Positions 51,561 to 62,280 of a stretch of 64,000 bases of DNA are shown piece by piece. Source of the DNA: Candidatus Omnitrophota bacterium (GTDB lineage Bacteria > Omnitrophota > Gorgyraeia > Aquiviventales > Aquiviventaceae); assembly GCA_016192545.1 (NCBI GenBank), contig JACPTX010000054.1:4421-68420 (forward strand). Reading direction: 5' to 3'. The notes below the pieces were generated by a model. It was given only the letters and a program-made list of their open reading frames with translations. It ran no database searches and was not told the origin of the DNA. The translations under genes and the position numbers were made by a program. Each line of letters starts with the position of its first letter. Within the stretch, counting starts at the first letter, position 1.

Positions 51561-52072
51561 ACCGACACGGGTTGACGCTGATCGAGCTGATGGTTTGCGT
51601 GACGCTGTTGGTGGTCGGCATCACGGCGCTCCTGGGGGCCTTCCTCAGCCAGATGGCGCTCAACGAGCATGCCCGGAACATGGCCTGGGCGATGAACGAC
51701 GCCAACCGCGTGATGGAGCGGATGCGCCAGCTGAACGTCAATTGCGACACGCCCTCCGCGGCGGCGCCGTCGGAATGCGGCGACGGGAATGATGCGTGCG
51801 CTGACTGGAACGATTGGCTGGCGGACACCGCAGAAGGGAAAAGCATCGAGCCCGACCCGGACACCTACGAGTTGATTACCATGACGAGCACCGGCACCGA
51901 TCCCCTCCAGGTCACCGTGGCCGTCTGCTGGCGCCACAAGAGCCGCGTGATCGGCGAATGCACGTGGGACGCCGGGACCGAAACCTTTGATACCGATGAC
52001 GTCGATGGAGACGGCATCATCGAATCGCCGGCGATGCTGTCCACCCTGATGACGTGCCGTTCGGAGTCTTGA
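51557..52072 (+). CDS. prepilin-type N-terminal cleavage/methylation domain protein (minor pilin)
   Basis: MNRHGLTLIELMVCVTLLVVG. The start overlaps the previous stop (ATGA). Confidence 0.8.
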   Translation: MNRHGLTLIELMVCVTLLVVGITALLGAFLSQMALNEHARNMAWAMNDANRVMERMRQLNVNCDTPSAAAPSECGDGNDACADWNDWLADTAEGKSIEPDPDTYELITMTSTGTDPLQVTVAVCWRHKSRVIGECTWDAGTETFDTDDVDGDGIIESPAMLSTLMTCRSES

Positions 52073-52073
52073 G

Positions 52074-52697
52074 ATGACCACAGTCCCGGTGTCAGGCACC
52101 TCGCGTGCGCTCGGAGCCAGACACCGGTCAGCGGGGTTTACGCTCATCGAGGTGATGATCGTCCTGACGATCCTGCTCGGCGTGTTCGGGGCGGTCTTAA
52201 TCAGCTTCTTGGTGGGGCGCCGCTCCCATGTGGCCGGCGACGCGTATGTGCAGGTCCAGCAGGAGGCCCGCCGGGCGGTGGATGAGATGATCAAAGAGCT
52301 TCGGGGATCCACCACCGATCGGCTGTTCCTGGTGGGCACTGACACGGTCGTCTTCCAGGTTCCGAACGACAACGATGACGACGGCAGCGTCACGACCGGA
52401 GGGGCCCTGGAATGGGGCGCGCCGGGGGTGGCGGACGGCTGCATCCAGTACGCCTTCACCGGAGGCCAAATCCAGCGGACGCTGCTGGCCGGGCCGTTTG
52501 ATTCCGAGGCGCAGACCTGCGGCGACGCGGCCGCCGGGGAGCCGGTCTGGACCGTCGGCAACCACGTTGAGGACGTGACGTTCACCGCCACCACCGGCGG
52601 CATGCGCATCTCCGTGACGACGCAGATGACCGAACAGCTAGCCGGGGACGGGCAGAGCGCGACGATCACCGGCCGCGCCCAATACCGAAACCTCTGA
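52074..52697 (+). CDS. prepilin-type N-terminal cleavage/methylation domain protein (minor pilin)
   Basis: The prepilin motif is SAGFTLIEVMIVLTILLGVFG. Confidence 0.8.
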   Translation: MTTVPVSGTSRALGARHRSAGFTLIEVMIVLTILLGVFGAVLISFLVGRRSHVAGDAYVQVQQEARRAVDEMIKELRGSTTDRLFLVGTDTVVFQVPNDNDDDGSVTTGGALEWGAPGVADGCIQYAFTGGQIQRTLLAGPFDSEAQTCGDAAAGEPVWTVGNHVEDVTFTATTGGMRISVTTQMTEQLAGDGQSATITGRAQYRNL

Positions 52698-53750
52698 ATG
52701 AACCTAACGTCTGTGACGCTGCCTCCCGCCCTGCAATCCGTCGTGGCGACTCTCAAGCGTTTCGCGGTCATCCAGCGGAGAGAGCCGAAGTGCACCATCG
52801 GGCTGGACCTGGGCACCTCGTCGCTCAAAGTGGTGGCCCTCGGCCCGCGCAAGGCGTCCGGGATGCGTCCGCTGCTGGCGCAGCGAGCGGTGCTGGTGCC
52901 TGACGCGGCGGATGACGAGCGCCTCATCGGCCTGCTCAGAGACACCATGAGCAGCCTGCAGCTGCCCGTCAACGCCGTCACCTTGTCCATCAGCGGCCAA
53001 TGGGTCATCATGCGGGTCGTGGAGATGCCGACGTTGGACCCGGAGGAGCTGGCGCGCGCGCTGCCCTTTGAGGCCCAGCGGCATGTGCCGTTCAATATCC
53101 AAGACGTGGTGCTCGATGGCGCGACGCTGGGTCCGGCGGAAGGCGGAAAGATCTGGGTCCTGATTGTCGCCGGCAAGCGCGAGATGCTCGACCGGCGGAT
53201 TGCGGTGGCGAAGCGCGCCGGGCTGGAGCCGGAGGCGGTCGACGTCGACGCGGTGGCCTTGGCGAACGCGTTCCTGGCCCAGTTCAACGGACAGCCGGCC
53301 GTCGGCACCCAGGCCCTGCTCAACCTCGGCGCGCAATGGACCAACCTGGTCATCCTCAAGGATCGCATCCCGTATCTGGTCCGGGACGTGCCCTGGGGGG
53401 CGGGCCGGCTGCTGCATCAGGCCGCAGAGCAGCTCGGGGTCGATGAGGCGTCGGTGACGGCGCAAGTGTCGCAGGGCAAGCCGGCGACGCCTGAGCTGCT
53501 CGCGGCCTTGAAGGCCGGCTGCGAATCGGTGACGGCGGATCTCCAGTTGTCGTTCGATTTTTTTGAGAGCCGGTTCGGGACCCCGCCGGACCGGATTCTG
53601 GTCAGCGGCGGGCTCAGCCAGTCGTCGAGCGTCTTGGACGCCCTCAAAAGCCATCTCGCGCAGCCCCTCCACATGTGGGCGCCTCGCGAGGGGTTGACGG
53701 GCCAGTTCGCCGTGGCCTATGGGTTGGCGCTTCGGACCATCGGCGCGTAA
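52698..53750 (+). CDS. pilM: type IV pilus assembly protein PilM (actin-like ATPase fold)
   Basis: GLDLGTSSLKVVAL phosphate-1 motif, 350 aa, positioned before pilN. Confidence 0.85.
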   Translation: MNLTSVTLPPALQSVVATLKRFAVIQRREPKCTIGLDLGTSSLKVVALGPRKASGMRPLLAQRAVLVPDAADDERLIGLLRDTMSSLQLPVNAVTLSISGQWVIMRVVEMPTLDPEELARALPFEAQRHVPFNIQDVVLDGATLGPAEGGKIWVLIVAGKREMLDRRIAVAKRAGLEPEAVDVDAVALANAFLAQFNGQPAVGTQALLNLGAQWTNLVILKDRIPYLVRDVPWGAGRLLHQAAEQLGVDEASVTAQVSQGKPATPELLAALKAGCESVTADLQLSFDFFESRFGTPPDRILVSGGLSQSSSVLDALKSHLAQPLHMWAPREGLTGQFAVAYGLALRTIGA

Positions 53751-53756
53751 CGTGCC

Positions 53757-54362
53757 ATGATCACGATTAACCTGCTCCCGGAGTCGGCTCGCAAGGTGCG
53801 CACGGTCTCGCTCCATGACCTGCCGCGCTCACCCCTGGCGCTGGTCATCGGCGGCGCCCTGATCGGACTCTGGCTCGTCCTGGCGGCCGCCAAGGGCCTG
53901 TATCAGACGCGCCTGGGCCAATTGAAGACCCGCATGCAGCAGCTCCAACCCACGCAGGGGGAGGCAGAGGCCTTGCGCGCCTCGGTCGACACGCTGCGGA
54001 CGCAGCAGCAACTCTACCAGCGGATCAGTCAGGCGCGCAGCCAGTGGGCGCGGTCGTTGAACGCGCTGTCCGACGTCGTGCCGGACGGCCTGTGGCTGCG
54101 CGAGCTGGTCATCGAGCCCAAAGAGAAGGTGGAGTTCAAGGGATCCATCGTGGCGCAGGGCGGGGAAGAGATGGTCCGGCTGAGGCGGTTGGTCCAGGAC
54201 CTGAAGTCCGATCCCCGCTTTCTGATGCCGGGATGGGATCTGCAGATTGACTCGATCAAAAGCGTGCCGGACGGCCAAATCGAAGTCCTGGAATTCGCCA
54301 TGACCTACAACCCGGCCCAGCGCCAGCCGGCACGCAAGCCGTCCACCAAGAAGAAACGATGA
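53757..54362 (+). CDS. pilN: type IV pilus assembly protein PilN
   Basis: MITINLLPE start, single TM, coiled coil. Confidence 0.8.
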   Translation: MITINLLPESARKVRTVSLHDLPRSPLALVIGGALIGLWLVLAAAKGLYQTRLGQLKTRMQQLQPTQGEAEALRASVDTLRTQQQLYQRISQARSQWARSLNALSDVVPDGLWLRELVIEPKEKVEFKGSIVAQGGEEMVRLRRLVQDLKSDPRFLMPGWDLQIDSIKSVPDGQIEVLEFAMTYNPAQRQPARKPSTKKKR

Positions 54363-55048
54363 GCCCGCGGCCGGCCATCTCGCTGAAGACGAAGCGCCAG
54401 CAGGTCCTCGCGGGCGTTTTTCTGGTTGTGGCGGTCGGCGCGTGGGTGTATTATGCGTACGCGTTGACGCCGCTGATGCGGACGGTGGGGCGCTTAGCGA
54501 AGGATGTCTCAGCTGCGAGCAAGCAACTGAAAGCCATCGAGACCTCGGTCGCCCAGGAGCCTCAGTTGCGTCAGGAGCACGCCCGTCTCACCCAGGCCAT
54601 CGACGCGCTCCAGACCGCCGTTCCGCGTGAAGAGGATCTGCCCGCCGTCATCCAGCGTCTCTCGGAAGTCGCCCACCAGACCGGCGTGAAGATTCAGACC
54701 ATCCACCCGCAGCGCTCCCTGGAGAGCGTCAGCGATGACGATCTCGCGTTCCTTCCGCCCGCACCCAAGCCTCCGGCAGGCAAGGCCAAGACGAAACCGG
54801 CGGCGGCTCCCGGGCTCCTGCCGTACCGGGGGATTCCCATCCAAATCGACGCCCAGGCCGGATTCCATCAGGCGGGGGCTTTCGTCAGCCAGATGGAAGG
54901 CGGGGATCAGGCGATGCGGCTCACACAGGTTCGGATCAGCGCGAACAGCAAGGACCTGCGGCGGCACCAAGTCCGCATCACCATGCTGGGGTATTTCATG
55001 ACCCCCCCGGAGGCCGATGCGCCGCGGACCGGGGCCCCGGGTTCCTGA
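54359..55048 (+). CDS. pilO: type IV pilus assembly protein PilO
   Basis: Single TM plus coiled coil plus a ferredoxin-like C-terminus, in the conserved gene order. Confidence 0.7.
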   Translation: MSPRPAISLKTKRQQVLAGVFLVVAVGAWVYYAYALTPLMRTVGRLAKDVSAASKQLKAIETSVAQEPQLRQEHARLTQAIDALQTAVPREEDLPAVIQRLSEVAHQTGVKIQTIHPQRSLESVSDDDLAFLPPAPKPPAGKAKTKPAAAPGLLPYRGIPIQIDAQAGFHQAGAFVSQMEGGDQAMRLTQVRISANSKDLRRHQVRITMLGYFMTPPEADAPRTGAPGS

Positions 55049-55485
55049 TGGGCGTCTTTTTTTCCGGCGGCATGAGCAAGCGCTTCCTCGTCGCCACCCT
55101 GCTCCTGTGGGCCGGGTCGGAGTCGGTGAGCGGCGTGGACACCGAGCCGCAGGAGCCGGGGCGCTCGCCGCAGGGGTATGACGCGAAGGGCAAGCGCGAT
55201 CCGTTCGTGCCGTTGGTGCGCGAGGGCCGGTTCGTCAGCGCCGTCGCCGGCGGGGTCGGGGATTTTTCCAACCCGGCGCTGGCCGGGATCCTCTGGGATC
55301 CCAGCGGGCACTCCATCGCCCTCATCAATGAGATGGAAGTCAAGGTCGGCGACGTCTTGGGGGAGTATGAGGTGTCCGAGATCCGGCAGGATGCCGTGGT
55401 CTTGATGCGGCAGGGCAAGCCGCTCGTCCTGCAGATGTCCTTTGACAGCGCGCCGGTGAAGGACAAGAAGGACAAAGGGAGGTGA
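55048..55485 (+). CDS. pilP: PilP-like periplasmic protein
   Basis: Signal peptide, KRDPFVPL motif, position between pilO and pilQ. Confidence 0.6.
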   Translation: MGVFFSGGMSKRFLVATLLLWAGSESVSGVDTEPQEPGRSPQGYDAKGKRDPFVPLVREGRFVSAVAGGVGDFSNPALAGILWDPSGHSIALINEMEVKVGDVLGEYEVSEIRQDAVVLMRQGKPLVLQMSFDSAPVKDKKDKGR

Positions 55486-57005
55486 GTGCGGTGGACAGAC
55501 GGATGCTGCTCGCGGGCCTCGCGTGTGGATGCCTTGGAATCTGGCAGATCGGCTGGGCGGCGGAAGCGCCTGTGGCGGACGGGGCGGCCGCGCAGACCGA
55601 GGAGGCTCCGACCACTGAGGCCGAGGAGGAGCCTTCGACGGAACCCGCGGCCCAAGCGGACGCCGCGCCTGCCCCGTTGGACGGGCGTCCTACGGGGCCC
55701 GCGTCCGGGCCTGTTGCGGCATCGTCCGGGCTGATCACCGTGGACTTCAAAGACGCGGACATCCGCCAGGTCCTGCGGGTGATCGCCTTGAAGAGCGGCG
55801 TGGACATCGTGGCCGGGCCGGATGTCGAGGCCGTCGTGACGATCAAGCTGACGAACGTGCCGTGGGAGCAGGCGCTCGACATCATCCTGCGCACCTACGG
55901 CTTCTCCTATGACCGGCAGGGCGACGTGATCCGCGTCCTGACCCGCGAGGCGGTGGAGCAGGAGGCGCTCGCGACCGAGGTCTTTCCGTTGAGCTACGCC
56001 AACGCCGAAGAGGTCATGCCGATCGTGAAGGAGATGCTCTCGGACCGCGGCAAGGTCAAGTTCGATGCGCGGACTAACACCGTCGTGATCACCGACCTGC
56101 CGGCGACCCTGTTCCAGATGCGCCGGGTGGTCGGCCGATTGGACCAGCAGACCCCCCAGGTGCACATTGACTCGAAGATCATCGAGACCAAGTTGACCAA
56201 GGACGAGAATTTCGGCATCGAGTGGTTTGACAGCATCGGAACCACCATCGATCCGGCGATCATGCCGACGACCTTTCCCTGGCCCGGCGGGAACGATTTC
56301 GGCAACGTGGGGTCCACCTTCCTCCCGCGGCCAGGCAGCTTGTCGCCGACGACCGGGGCCTCGCTGACCAAAGGCCGGGTACCCGAGACCGGCGGGCAGT
56401 TTACGTTCGGCACGATTGATACCGGGTCGCTCGCCGTCACGCTGAACATGCTGAAGCAGAGGGTCAACACGAACATCATCTCGCATCCGACGATCGTGAC
56501 GCTGAACAACCAAACCGCGCTGGTGCAGGTGGGGGAGGACATCAACATCCCCAACTTCCAGATCGATTCCTCCAGCGGCTTGGCGACCGTCACCGGGTTC
56601 AAGACGCGCAAAACCGGGGTGATTATGGAGGTCACCCCCCATGTGAATCCGGAACGGGAAATCGTGCTGGACCTCAAGCCGGAAATCACCGAGGTCGGCG
56701 CGACCTTTGACAGCTACGCCTCGGGCGTGTCGTTTCCCCGGTTCACGGTTCAGAAAGCTGAGACGCATGTCCGTCTCAAAGACGGCGAAACGCTGGTGAT
56801 CGGCGGGCTGGTCAAGCGGAAGGTGGTCGTGACCGACAACCGCGTGCCGATCCTCGGCGACATCCCGCTCCTCGGCGCGCTCTTCACCAACCGCCGCGAG
56901 GCCTCCGATCCGCATCAGGACCTGCTGATTTTCCTTTCCGTACGACTCATCGAAGACGCCGCCCCGCAGCCGGCCCTGGCGCAGCAACCGGAGGAGAAAC
57001 CGTGA
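55482..57005 (+). CDS. pilQ: type IV pilus secretin
   Basis: Secretin_N repeats and a C-terminal secretin domain (VPILGDIPLLGALF). Confidence 0.9.
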   Translation: MSAVDRRMLLAGLACGCLGIWQIGWAAEAPVADGAAAQTEEAPTTEAEEEPSTEPAAQADAAPAPLDGRPTGPASGPVAASSGLITVDFKDADIRQVLRVIALKSGVDIVAGPDVEAVVTIKLTNVPWEQALDIILRTYGFSYDRQGDVIRVLTREAVEQEALATEVFPLSYANAEEVMPIVKEMLSDRGKVKFDARTNTVVITDLPATLFQMRRVVGRLDQQTPQVHIDSKIIETKLTKDENFGIEWFDSIGTTIDPAIMPTTFPWPGGNDFGNVGSTFLPRPGSLSPTTGASLTKGRVPETGGQFTFGTIDTGSLAVTLNMLKQRVNTNIISHPTIVTLNNQTALVQVGEDINIPNFQIDSSSGLATVTGFKTRKTGVIMEVTPHVNPEREIVLDLKPEITEVGATFDSYASGVSFPRFTVQKAETHVRLKDGETLVIGGLVKRKVVVTDNRVPILGDIPLLGALFTNRREASDPHQDLLIFLSVRLIEDAAPQPALAQQPEEKP

Positions 57006-57244
57006 TGCGCGTGCCGCGTCCCCTCCTGATCGCGCTCCTTGGCCTGTTGGGGTTCGCGGGAGTGCTGGCAGGCACGCAGCCGCGGAGCAGCGCCCAGCAA
57101 GCGGAGAAGACGAAAGCGGAGCTGGCGGCGCTCGACAAAAAACTCAAAGAAGTCCTGGCGACGCAGCAGGCCATCCTCGACAAATTGAACACCGTGCTGG
57201 AGGAGCTCAAGATCGTCAAGGTCCGCTGCACGGTGCTCCGCTAG
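57002..57244 (+). CDS. small secreted coiled-coil protein at the end of the pilus locus
   Basis: Signal peptide (LLIALLGLLGFAGVLA) followed by a heptad-like helix. No family recognised. Confidence 0.45.
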   Translation: MMRVPRPLLIALLGLLGFAGVLAGTQPRSSAQQAEKTKAELAALDKKLKEVLATQQAILDKLNTVLEELKIVKVRCTVLR

Positions 57245-57283
57245 GTTGACCCCGGAGCCGGCGGCGACGCCTATCTCACGGGG

Positions 57284-57313
57284 TTGACGCTCCAAAAACC
57301 CTCGTGGTATACT
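57284..57313 (+). promoter_or_regulatory. sigma70-like promoter motif overlapping the only canonical cvpA start
   Basis: TTGACG (57284-57289), 18-nt spacer, TATACT (57308-57313). GTG 57304 lies inside the spacer, so the promoter and the start call conflict. Confidence 0.4.
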
Positions 57314-57882
57314 GCTCCACTCGGCAACCATGGGGGCACGCCACGGTATTACCGAACTGGGTTGACCTCTTCGTCATTCTAATTCCAATCCTGCGAGCTT
57401 GTTACAGCGGCTGGGAGCGGGGATTCCTCGCAGAGCTGTTCAGTCTGCTCGCGTGGGTCGGGGCCACGGTCCTGGCGTGCCGGTATTATCTCCCGCTCGC
57501 CGAGTGGGTCTCGCAATGGATCCGGCTGGAGCAGCCCGTCCGCGAGTTCGCCGCGTTCCTCGCGCTCTTCAGCGTCGGGTCCCTGATCCTGGTCCGGGTG
57601 GTCGCCCATCGCCTGGCCGTGCTGCTCAGGTGGCAATCCATGAACTGGGTGACCGGCGGGTTCGGGCTCGCGCTGGGCGGGCTTCGAGGCGTGTGGTGGG
57701 TCGGGATCGCCCTGCTCGTGCTGCAGGCGACAGGATGGGCCTACCTCGGCCGCAGCATCAGCGAGCGGTCGGTGTTTGGGCCGCGGGTCATGCGCGTCGT
57801 GTTCCAGAGCCTGGGGCAGGTGACCCGGTGGATGCCCGGTTCGCCAAGCCCTGAGCTGCTGATCCCCTCGCTGCAGCCCTGA
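57304..57882 (+). CDS. cvpA: CvpA-family membrane protein
   Basis: NWVDLFVILIPILRACYSGWERGF aligns with the CvpA N-terminus. The start codon is uncertain. Confidence 0.7.
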   Translation: MVYCSTRQPWGHATVLPNWVDLFVILIPILRACYSGWERGFLAELFSLLAWVGATVLACRYYLPLAEWVSQWIRLEQPVREFAAFLALFSVGSLILVRVVAHRLAVLLRWQSMNWVTGGFGLALGGLRGVWWVGIALLVLQATGWAYLGRSISERSVFGPRVMRVVFQSLGQVTRWMPGSPSPELLIPSLQP

Positions 57883-57893
57883 GCGCACACGTC

Positions 57894-59702
57894 ATGGCGT
57901 TGATTCCAGAACAGATTCTCGACGAGATTCAGGCCCGCGTGGACATCGCGGAGCTGATCGGCCGCTCCGTCCCGCTCAGGCGGGCCGGGCGCCATTTCAA
58001 GGCGCTGTGCCCATTCCATCAGGAGCGCACGCCGTCGTTCCACGTGAACACGGAGAAACAGATTTTCCACTGTTTCGGCTGCGGCGTCGGAGGCAACATC
58101 TTCAGCTTCCTCATGCAGCAGGAGCGCCTGACGTTCCCCGAGGCGGCCCGGCAGCTCGCCGAGCAGGCCGGGGTGACCATTCCGGCGCAGGCGGCTGCCG
58201 CCTCGCGCAACGGCAAGACCGAGCAGCTCTACGGGATTCTCGACAAGAGCTGCCGCTATTACGAGCGGATGCTGGCCCATCCGAGCCTGGGACGGGCCGC
58301 GCGCGACTATCTGAAACGGCGGGGGGTGACGGACCGTACCCGCGCCGCATTCCGGCTGGGCTACGCCCCGGCCGGCTGGGACCGGCTGATGCAGGCCGCG
58401 AAGCGCTCGAACATTTCTCCGGACCTGTTGCAGCAGGCCGGGCTGACGGCGCAGGGCTCGCGGGGCGCCATTGACCGGTTCCGCCAGCGGCTGCTCTTTC
58501 CCATCCAGGACGTGCGCGGGCGGGTCGTCGGATTCGGCGGGCGGAGCCTGGCAGGGCAAGAGCCGAAATACCTCAACAGCCCGGAAAGCGCCGTGTACAC
58601 GAAAGGACGCCAGCTGTTCGGGTTGGCGCAGGCCCGAGACGCCGTGGTGAAGATCAAGCGCGCCATCGTGGTGGAAGGGTATTTCGACTGCGCGCTGCTC
58701 TGGCAGGAGGGTCTCACGCACGTGGTGTCTCCGCTAGGGACGGCGTTCACGCCGGAGCAGGCGCGCCTCTTGGGACGCTACACGGAGGAGGCGGTGCTGG
58801 CGTTCGATGCGGATGCCGCGGGCGAGACCGCGACGCTGCGCGGCATCGACATCCTGACGGAAGCCGGTCTGCGCGTGCAGGTCGCGCAGCTGCCGACCGG
58901 GGTCGACCCGGATGAGTTCGTGCGGGCCTACGGACGCCAGGCGTTTGCGCAGCTCGTGGAGCAGGCGGCCGGCGTGCTGGAGTTCCTGATCGCCTGCGCG
59001 AAGAGGCGCTACGACGTGCATAAGCCCGAGGGCAGGGTGCAGGCCGCGCAGTTCATCCTGCCGACGATTGCGAAGGTCCCGAATGCGATGCTCCGGGCCG
59101 AGTACGTGAAACGCCTGGCGGAGAGCCTCCGGCTGGACGAAAGCGCGGTCGCAGCGGAATTGGGCAAGGTCCAGCCGCGGACCGCGCCGCCGAGCGGAGC
59201 GAGTCCCGAGCGAAATCGAGGGACGGCCGCCACGATCACGGTCCGCGCCCACGCGGCGCGCGCGTCAGGCCGGTCCGCCGAGCGCCTGTTCACCGCCCTG
59301 CTGCTGGACCAGCCCGGACGATGGGAAGCGGCCAAGAGCGCGGTGTCGCTGGATCACCTGACCGATGCCCGGCTTCGCCGCATCCTCGCGGTGCTGTGCG
59401 AGCTGCAGGCCGCTCAGCGCGACGCCGTGATGCCGGCTCAGGTGATCTCCCGTCTGCAGGAGGACGAGCTGATCCGCCTTGTCTCGGAGTTGGTGCAGGT
59501 GGCGCAGGCAGAGCCCGAGCAAGACGAGGCGTTCCGGAAATGCGTCCAGCGTCTGCAGCAGAACGCCCGCAAGCGCGAGCTCGACCAGTTGCCCGAGCTC
59601 ATCCGCCTGGCACACGAGCTCGGCAACACGGACGAAGAAACGCGGCTCTTGACGAATCATCACCAGTTGTCGAAGGCGCTGTCGATGAAGGAGGCCGGTT
59701 GA
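57894..59702 (+). CDS. dnaG: DNA primase
   Basis: Zinc-finger [13 protein letters not shown]...CFGCG, Toprim domain (VVEGYFD, FDADAAG). Confidence 0.95.
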   Translation: MALIPEQILDEIQARVDIAELIGRSVPLRRAGRHFKALCPFHQERTPSFHVNTEKQIFHCFGCGVGGNIFSFLMQQERLTFPEAARQLAEQAGVTIPAQAAAASRNGKTEQLYGILDKSCRYYERMLAHPSLGRAARDYLKRRGVTDRTRAAFRLGYAPAGWDRLMQAAKRSNISPDLLQQAGLTAQGSRGAIDRFRQRLLFPIQDVRGRVVGFGGRSLAGQEPKYLNSPESAVYTKGRQLFGLAQARDAVVKIKRAIVVEGYFDCALLWQEGLTHVVSPLGTAFTPEQARLLGRYTEEAVLAFDADAAGETATLRGIDILTEAGLRVQVAQLPTGVDPDEFVRAYGRQAFAQLVEQAAGVLEFLIACAKRRYDVHKPEGRVQAAQFILPTIAKVPNAMLRAEYVKRLAESLRLDESAVAAELGKVQPRTAPPSGASPERNRGTAATITVRAHAARASGRSAERLFTALLLDQPGRWEAAKSAVSLDHLTDARLRRILAVLCELQAAQRDAVMPAQVISRLQEDELIRLVSELVQVAQAEPEQDEAFRKCVQRLQQNARKRELDQLPELIRLAHELGNTDEETRLLTNHHQLSKALSMKEAG

Positions 59703-61315
59703 TGGGTCCCGCAAAACGCAAGCCGTTGAGTGAGCGTCTGGCCCGCGTGGTCGCGCTGGGACGGGACAAGGGCCGCCTGACCTACGAGGAGCTCAACAAC
59801 CTGCTGCCCGAAGATGTCGCCTCGCCCGAGGAGATTGACGAGCTCCTGACCCTCTTGGGCAAAGAGCACATTGAAATCGTCGACAAGCCGCCCGCCGCGG
59901 CTCACCCGGCGTCCCCGTCAACCCGCCAGGCGCCGGCTGCCGCCGCCGCCGAGGAACGGGAAGAAGGCGAGCAGGAAGAGCCTGAGCTGCAGGAGATCAA
60001 GCAGCTCGATGATCCGGTGAAGATGTACCTGCGCCAGATGGGCCAGATTCCGCTCTTGACCCGGGAACAGGAGCTCACCCTGGCCAAGAAGATCGAGGCC
60101 GCGGAGCTGGCGTTCCGCGACAAGGTGCTGCGCCTGCCGTTCGTCCGGCGGGAGCTGCTGGCGCTCATCGACACGCTCATCGAGGGCGGCCTGTCGCCGG
60201 AAGACTTCGTCAAGGACGACCCGAATCTCCGGCGGGAAGAGCTGGTCGCCAAGCTGGTCAAGCAGCGCCGGCGGTTCAAGGGCGTGCGGGCGAAGACGCA
60301 GGTCCGGCGGCTCCTCGAGGAGTTCCATCTGACCATCCATGCGATCGAGTGGGTCGTCGGACGCCTGGAGCAGTACCTGCGGGCCGTGGACAGCGTCGAC
60401 CGCCAGCTCGTGCAGGCGGACCGCCTGCGGGGGCGCGCCAAGACCGCCAGGCGGCGCAAGCTGCTGGCGGAGCGCCGGGAACGGCTGCGGCGCCTGGGAG
60501 CGCAGCCTGAGGAGATGCGCGCGGCCTTGAAGGAGATCCGCCGGCGGGATACGGAGTACACCAAGGCGAAGAAAGAGCTGGTCGAGGCCAACCTCCGGCT
60601 GGTGGTCAGCATCGCCAAGAAGTACACGAACCGCGGCCTGTCGTTCCTCGACCTGATCCAGGAGGGCAACATCGGCCTCATGAAGGCCGTGGAGAAGTTC
60701 GAGTACCGCCGGGGCTACAAGTTCTCGACGTACGCGACGTGGTGGATCCGCCAGGCGATCACCCGCGCGATCGCCGACCAGGCGCGCACGATCCGCATCC
60801 CGGTCCACATGACGGAAACGATCAACAAGCTGGTCCGCGTGTCGCTGGCGATCGTGCAGGAGACCGGCCGCGAGCCGACGCCGGAGGAAATCGCCAAGGC
60901 CACCGGGATCCCGGTCGACAAGGTCCGCGGCATCCTGAAGATTGCGCAGGAGCCGATCTCCCTCCAGACGCCGATCGGGGAGGACGGGGATACGCATTTC
61001 GGCGATTTCATCGAGGACAAGCGCGCCGTGTCGCCGGCGAACGCCACCGCCTACAGCATGCTGAAGGAGCAGATCGAGGACGTGCTCACCAGCCTGTCCC
61101 AGCGCGAGCAGCAGGTGCTGCTGCTGCGGTTCGGGCTGCATGACGGCAGCCCCCGGACGCTCGAGGAGGTCGGGCAGATGTTCAACGTCACGAGGGAGCG
61201 CGTGCGCCAGATCGAGGCGAAGGCGCTGCGCAAGCTCCGCCATCCGACGCGCAGCCGGCGCCTCCGGAACTTCCTTGAGCTGACCTTCTCTCAGGAAAAA
61301 AACTACGTCGCCTGA
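59702..61315 (+). CDS. rpoD: RNA polymerase sigma factor RpoD
   Basis: ATG 59702 shares one nucleotide with the dnaG stop. Regions 1.2 to 4.2 are present, including [14 protein letters not shown] and the [23 protein letters not shown]. Confidence 0.95.
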   Translation: MGPAKRKPLSERLARVVALGRDKGRLTYEELNNLLPEDVASPEEIDELLTLLGKEHIEIVDKPPAAAHPASPSTRQAPAAAAAEEREEGEQEEPELQEIKQLDDPVKMYLRQMGQIPLLTREQELTLAKKIEAAELAFRDKVLRLPFVRRELLALIDTLIEGGLSPEDFVKDDPNLRREELVAKLVKQRRRFKGVRAKTQVRRLLEEFHLTIHAIEWVVGRLEQYLRAVDSVDRQLVQADRLRGRAKTARRRKLLAERRERLRRLGAQPEEMRAALKEIRRRDTEYTKAKKELVEANLRLVVSIAKKYTNRGLSFLDLIQEGNIGLMKAVEKFEYRRGYKFSTYATWWIRQAITRAIADQARTIRIPVHMTETINKLVRVSLAIVQETGREPTPEEIAKATGIPVDKVRGILKIAQEPISLQTPIGEDGDTHFGDFIEDKRAVSPANATAYSMLKEQIEDVLTSLSQREQQVLLLRFGLHDGSPRTLEEVGQMFNVTRERVRQIEAKALRKLRHPTRSRRLRNFLELTFSQEKNYVA

Positions 61316-61323
61316 CGGAGAAC

Positions 61324-61395
61324 GGGCCGGTAGCTCAGTGGCAGAGCAGGTGGCTCATAACCACTTGGTCGGACGTTCGATCCGTCCCCGGCCCA
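61324..61395 (+). tRNA. tRNA-Met (anticodon CAT), elongator-like
   Basis: Acceptor GGGCCGG/CCGGCCC, anticodon loop CTCATAA. It lacks the initiator GGG/CCC anticodon stem, and Ile2 (lysidine) identity cannot be excluded. Confidence 0.85.
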
Positions 61396-61413
61396 CTCTT
61401 GCGGACGGATCAG

Positions 61414-61487
61414 GGGCGGTTAGCTCAGCCGGTTAGAGCGCTACCCTCACATGGTAGAGGTCACAGGTTCGAGCCCTGTACCGCCCA
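61414..61487 (+). tRNA. tRNA-Val (anticodon CAC)
   Basis: Acceptor GGGCGGT/ACCGCCC, anticodon stem CTACC/GGTAG with loop CTCACAT. Confidence 0.9.
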
Positions 61488-61494
61488 GGTTCTT

Positions 61495-61544
61495 GGGGTC
61501 AGACCCCTCAAGAACGCCGGTCCATCAGACGGGGTCTGACCCCG
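61495..61544 (-). repeat. family B palindromic repeat, inverted orientation
   Basis: Cores at 61495-61507 and 61531-61543. The sequence is the reverse complement of the other five copies. No SD follows on the + strand. Confidence 0.85.
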
Positions 61545-61560
61545 TTTTGCGGAATCGCAC

Positions 61561-62280
61561 ATGAGTGATCTCATCGAAACCTTGCGGCGTCTGCAGACGG
61601 TTGACGCGGAGCTGTTCCGCCTGCGCCGCGAGCAGCAGCAAAAACCGCTGGCGCTGGAGCATGCCAGGCAGTTGGTGGCCGAACAGCAGGCCAACGCCCA
61701 GGCGGCGGAGGCGCGGCTCAAGGCGCTCCAGGTCGAGCGCAAGCAAAAGGAGCTGGAGCTGGCCACGCAAGAAGCCGAGGTCAAGAAGCTTCAGGCGCAG
61801 CTCTTCCAGGTGAAGACGAACAAAGAATACACGGCCATGCAGCATGAAATCGACCAGCACAAGGCGGACATTTCCTTGATCGAAGAGTCGATCATCGCCC
61901 TGCTGGACGCCATCGACCAGGCCGCGCGGGAGCACCGCGCCCAGATGGAGCGGGTCGCCCAGGAGCAGGCGACGCTGCGCGAGGAAGAGGCGAAGGTCGC
62001 CAAAGAACTGGAGGGGATCGGCCGGCAGCTGGCGACGCTCGAGCAGCAGCGGCAGGCCGTGACCCCGATGGTGCAGCGGGACACCCTCTCGGCCTACGAA
62101 CGGATCCTCAACATCCGGGAAGGGCTCGCGATGGTGCCGCTGGTGAAGGAGTCCTGCGGGGGATGCCACATGGTCCAGCCGCCGCAGGTGGTCAGCGAGG
62201 TCTGGCTGAAGGCGAAGCTGGTGACCTGCGAAAGCTGCAACCGCATCCTCTACGTGGATGACGCCACGAACGACCGCTGA
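61561..62280 (+). CDS. coiled-coil protein with C-terminal C4 zinc ribbon (DUF164-like)
   Basis: Long coiled coil followed by CGGCH...CESC. Confidence 0.7.
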   Translation: MSDLIETLRRLQTVDAELFRLRREQQQKPLALEHARQLVAEQQANAQAAEARLKALQVERKQKELELATQEAEVKKLQAQLFQVKTNKEYTAMQHEIDQHKADISLIEESIIALLDAIDQAAREHRAQMERVAQEQATLREEEAKVAKELEGIGRQLATLEQQRQAVTPMVQRDTLSAYERILNIREGLAMVPLVKESCGGCHMVQPPQVVSEVWLKAKLVTCESCNRILYVDDATNDR

